Positions 33,393 to 33,961 of a stretch of 33,961 nt of DNA are shown here, one piece after another. Under the pieces are notes generated by a model. The model was not told the DNA's origin. It worked only from the letters and a program-made list of their open reading frames with translations, and did no database searches. The translations under genes were made by a program, and so were the position numbers. This stretch comes from Neovahlkampfia damariscottae (taxonomy: Eukaryota). Location of the stretch: assembly GCA_016618085.1 (NCBI GenBank), contig JABLTG010000192.1, positions 1 through 33,961 of the forward strand, given 5' to 3'. Numbering within the stretch: the first letter of the stretch is position 1; every line of letters begins with the position of its first letter.

Positions 33393-33665
33393 TCATTTTT
33401 CAATTATTTGACTTCTCCTTTTTTCTTTAATTCTGTTCATTACATTTTGATCAAAAGTTTCCCAATCAGTTACGTCTTTACTTGGTTCTTTTTTTGGTTG
33501 TTCAATTGGAATTGGATCATCACGCATTTCAACCGAAGATCCACAACAGCTACTATTTTTAATATTCTGGATAGCATATGCTCCAGCAACAACTAAAGGA
33601 CTTAAGAAACTAGTTATTAAATTTATACCTGAAATAACTAGCAAAGCAATTTCAACACCGCTTAT
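33393..33665 (-). CDS. Small viral membrane protein, ATG apparently lost
   Basis: Hydrophobic N-terminus followed by IKNSSCCG; ATA at 33665-33663 where an ATG is expected. Confidence 0.5.
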   Translation of the reverse strand: MSGVEIALLVISGINLITSFLSPLVVAGAYAIQNIKNSSCCGSSVEMRDDPIPIEQPKKEPSKDVTDWETFDQNVMNRIKEKRRSQIIEK

Positions 33666-33698
33666 TTATACATTAATAATCTAAAAAAATTCCATCAG

Positions 33699-33961
33699 TT
33701 AATATTTTATTTTAAATGGCTTATATTTTGCTGGTGCTCTATCAATTGTATACTTGTCGTCTATTAATGCCAACTTTTCAACTAATATAAATTTTCTGGC
33801 CTCAATTGAAGGTAAATTTTGATCAATAAATTTAACTACTTCTTTTTTTGTTTTTTCTTGCATGAAATTTTCTTGTATTGCATCTGTTGTATCTTTTCCA
33901 GTTGTTTTAAACATCATAAAAAAAGTTGCACATTCTCTTATTAATGGTGGTAATTTTTTCA
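33699..33961 (-). CDS. C-terminus of an A32/FtsK-HerA genome-packaging ATPase (5' part outside window)
   Basis: The frame is open to the window edge and reads KKLPPLIRECATFFMMFK, matching the LPxxIRxN...F arginine-finger motif. Confidence 0.7.
   Translation of the reverse strand, partial: KKLPPLIRECATFFMMFKTTGKDTTDAIQENFMQEKTKKEVVKFIDQNLPSIEARKFILVEKLALIDDKYTIDRAPAKYKPFKIKY

Larger units (their letters stand above)
29939..33961. mobile_element. Left end of an endogenous PLV-type element continuing beyond the window
   Basis: Family A terminus in inverted orientation, intronless TATATAA-preceded genes and a packaging ATPase C-terminus at the window edge. Confidence 0.8.

Overview
This window is AT-rich DNA from a eukaryotic (protist-like) genome with the standard genetic code and very short GT-AG introns (~30-40 nt). 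A heterolobosean-type host is a guess from gene content. About 4.0-25.9 kb is a compact block of ordinary host genes: two Ras-like GTPases, PH/beta-helix, ankyrin, tRNA-Gln, a secreted Cys-rich protein, a RADX-like OB-fold protein, D-lactate dehydrogenase, KCTD-type BTB proteins, PAQR, proteasome beta1, GPC1, an RGS fusion and CWC27. Both flanks are intronless, virus-like DNA that reads as endogenous Polinton-like virus (PLV)/virophage-type elements. The evidence is a protein-primed PolB fragment with a KTDC motif (missed by the ORF track), a penton-like gene, a truncated double-jelly-roll major capsid gene and the C-terminus of an A32-type packaging ATPase. There are four element termini of two families, all reading TA|AGTA(A)GTA from outside. 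At 25.9-34 kb they form an apparent four-layer nest of elements inserted into each other's genes. All family assignments come from motif recognition by eye, not database searches.
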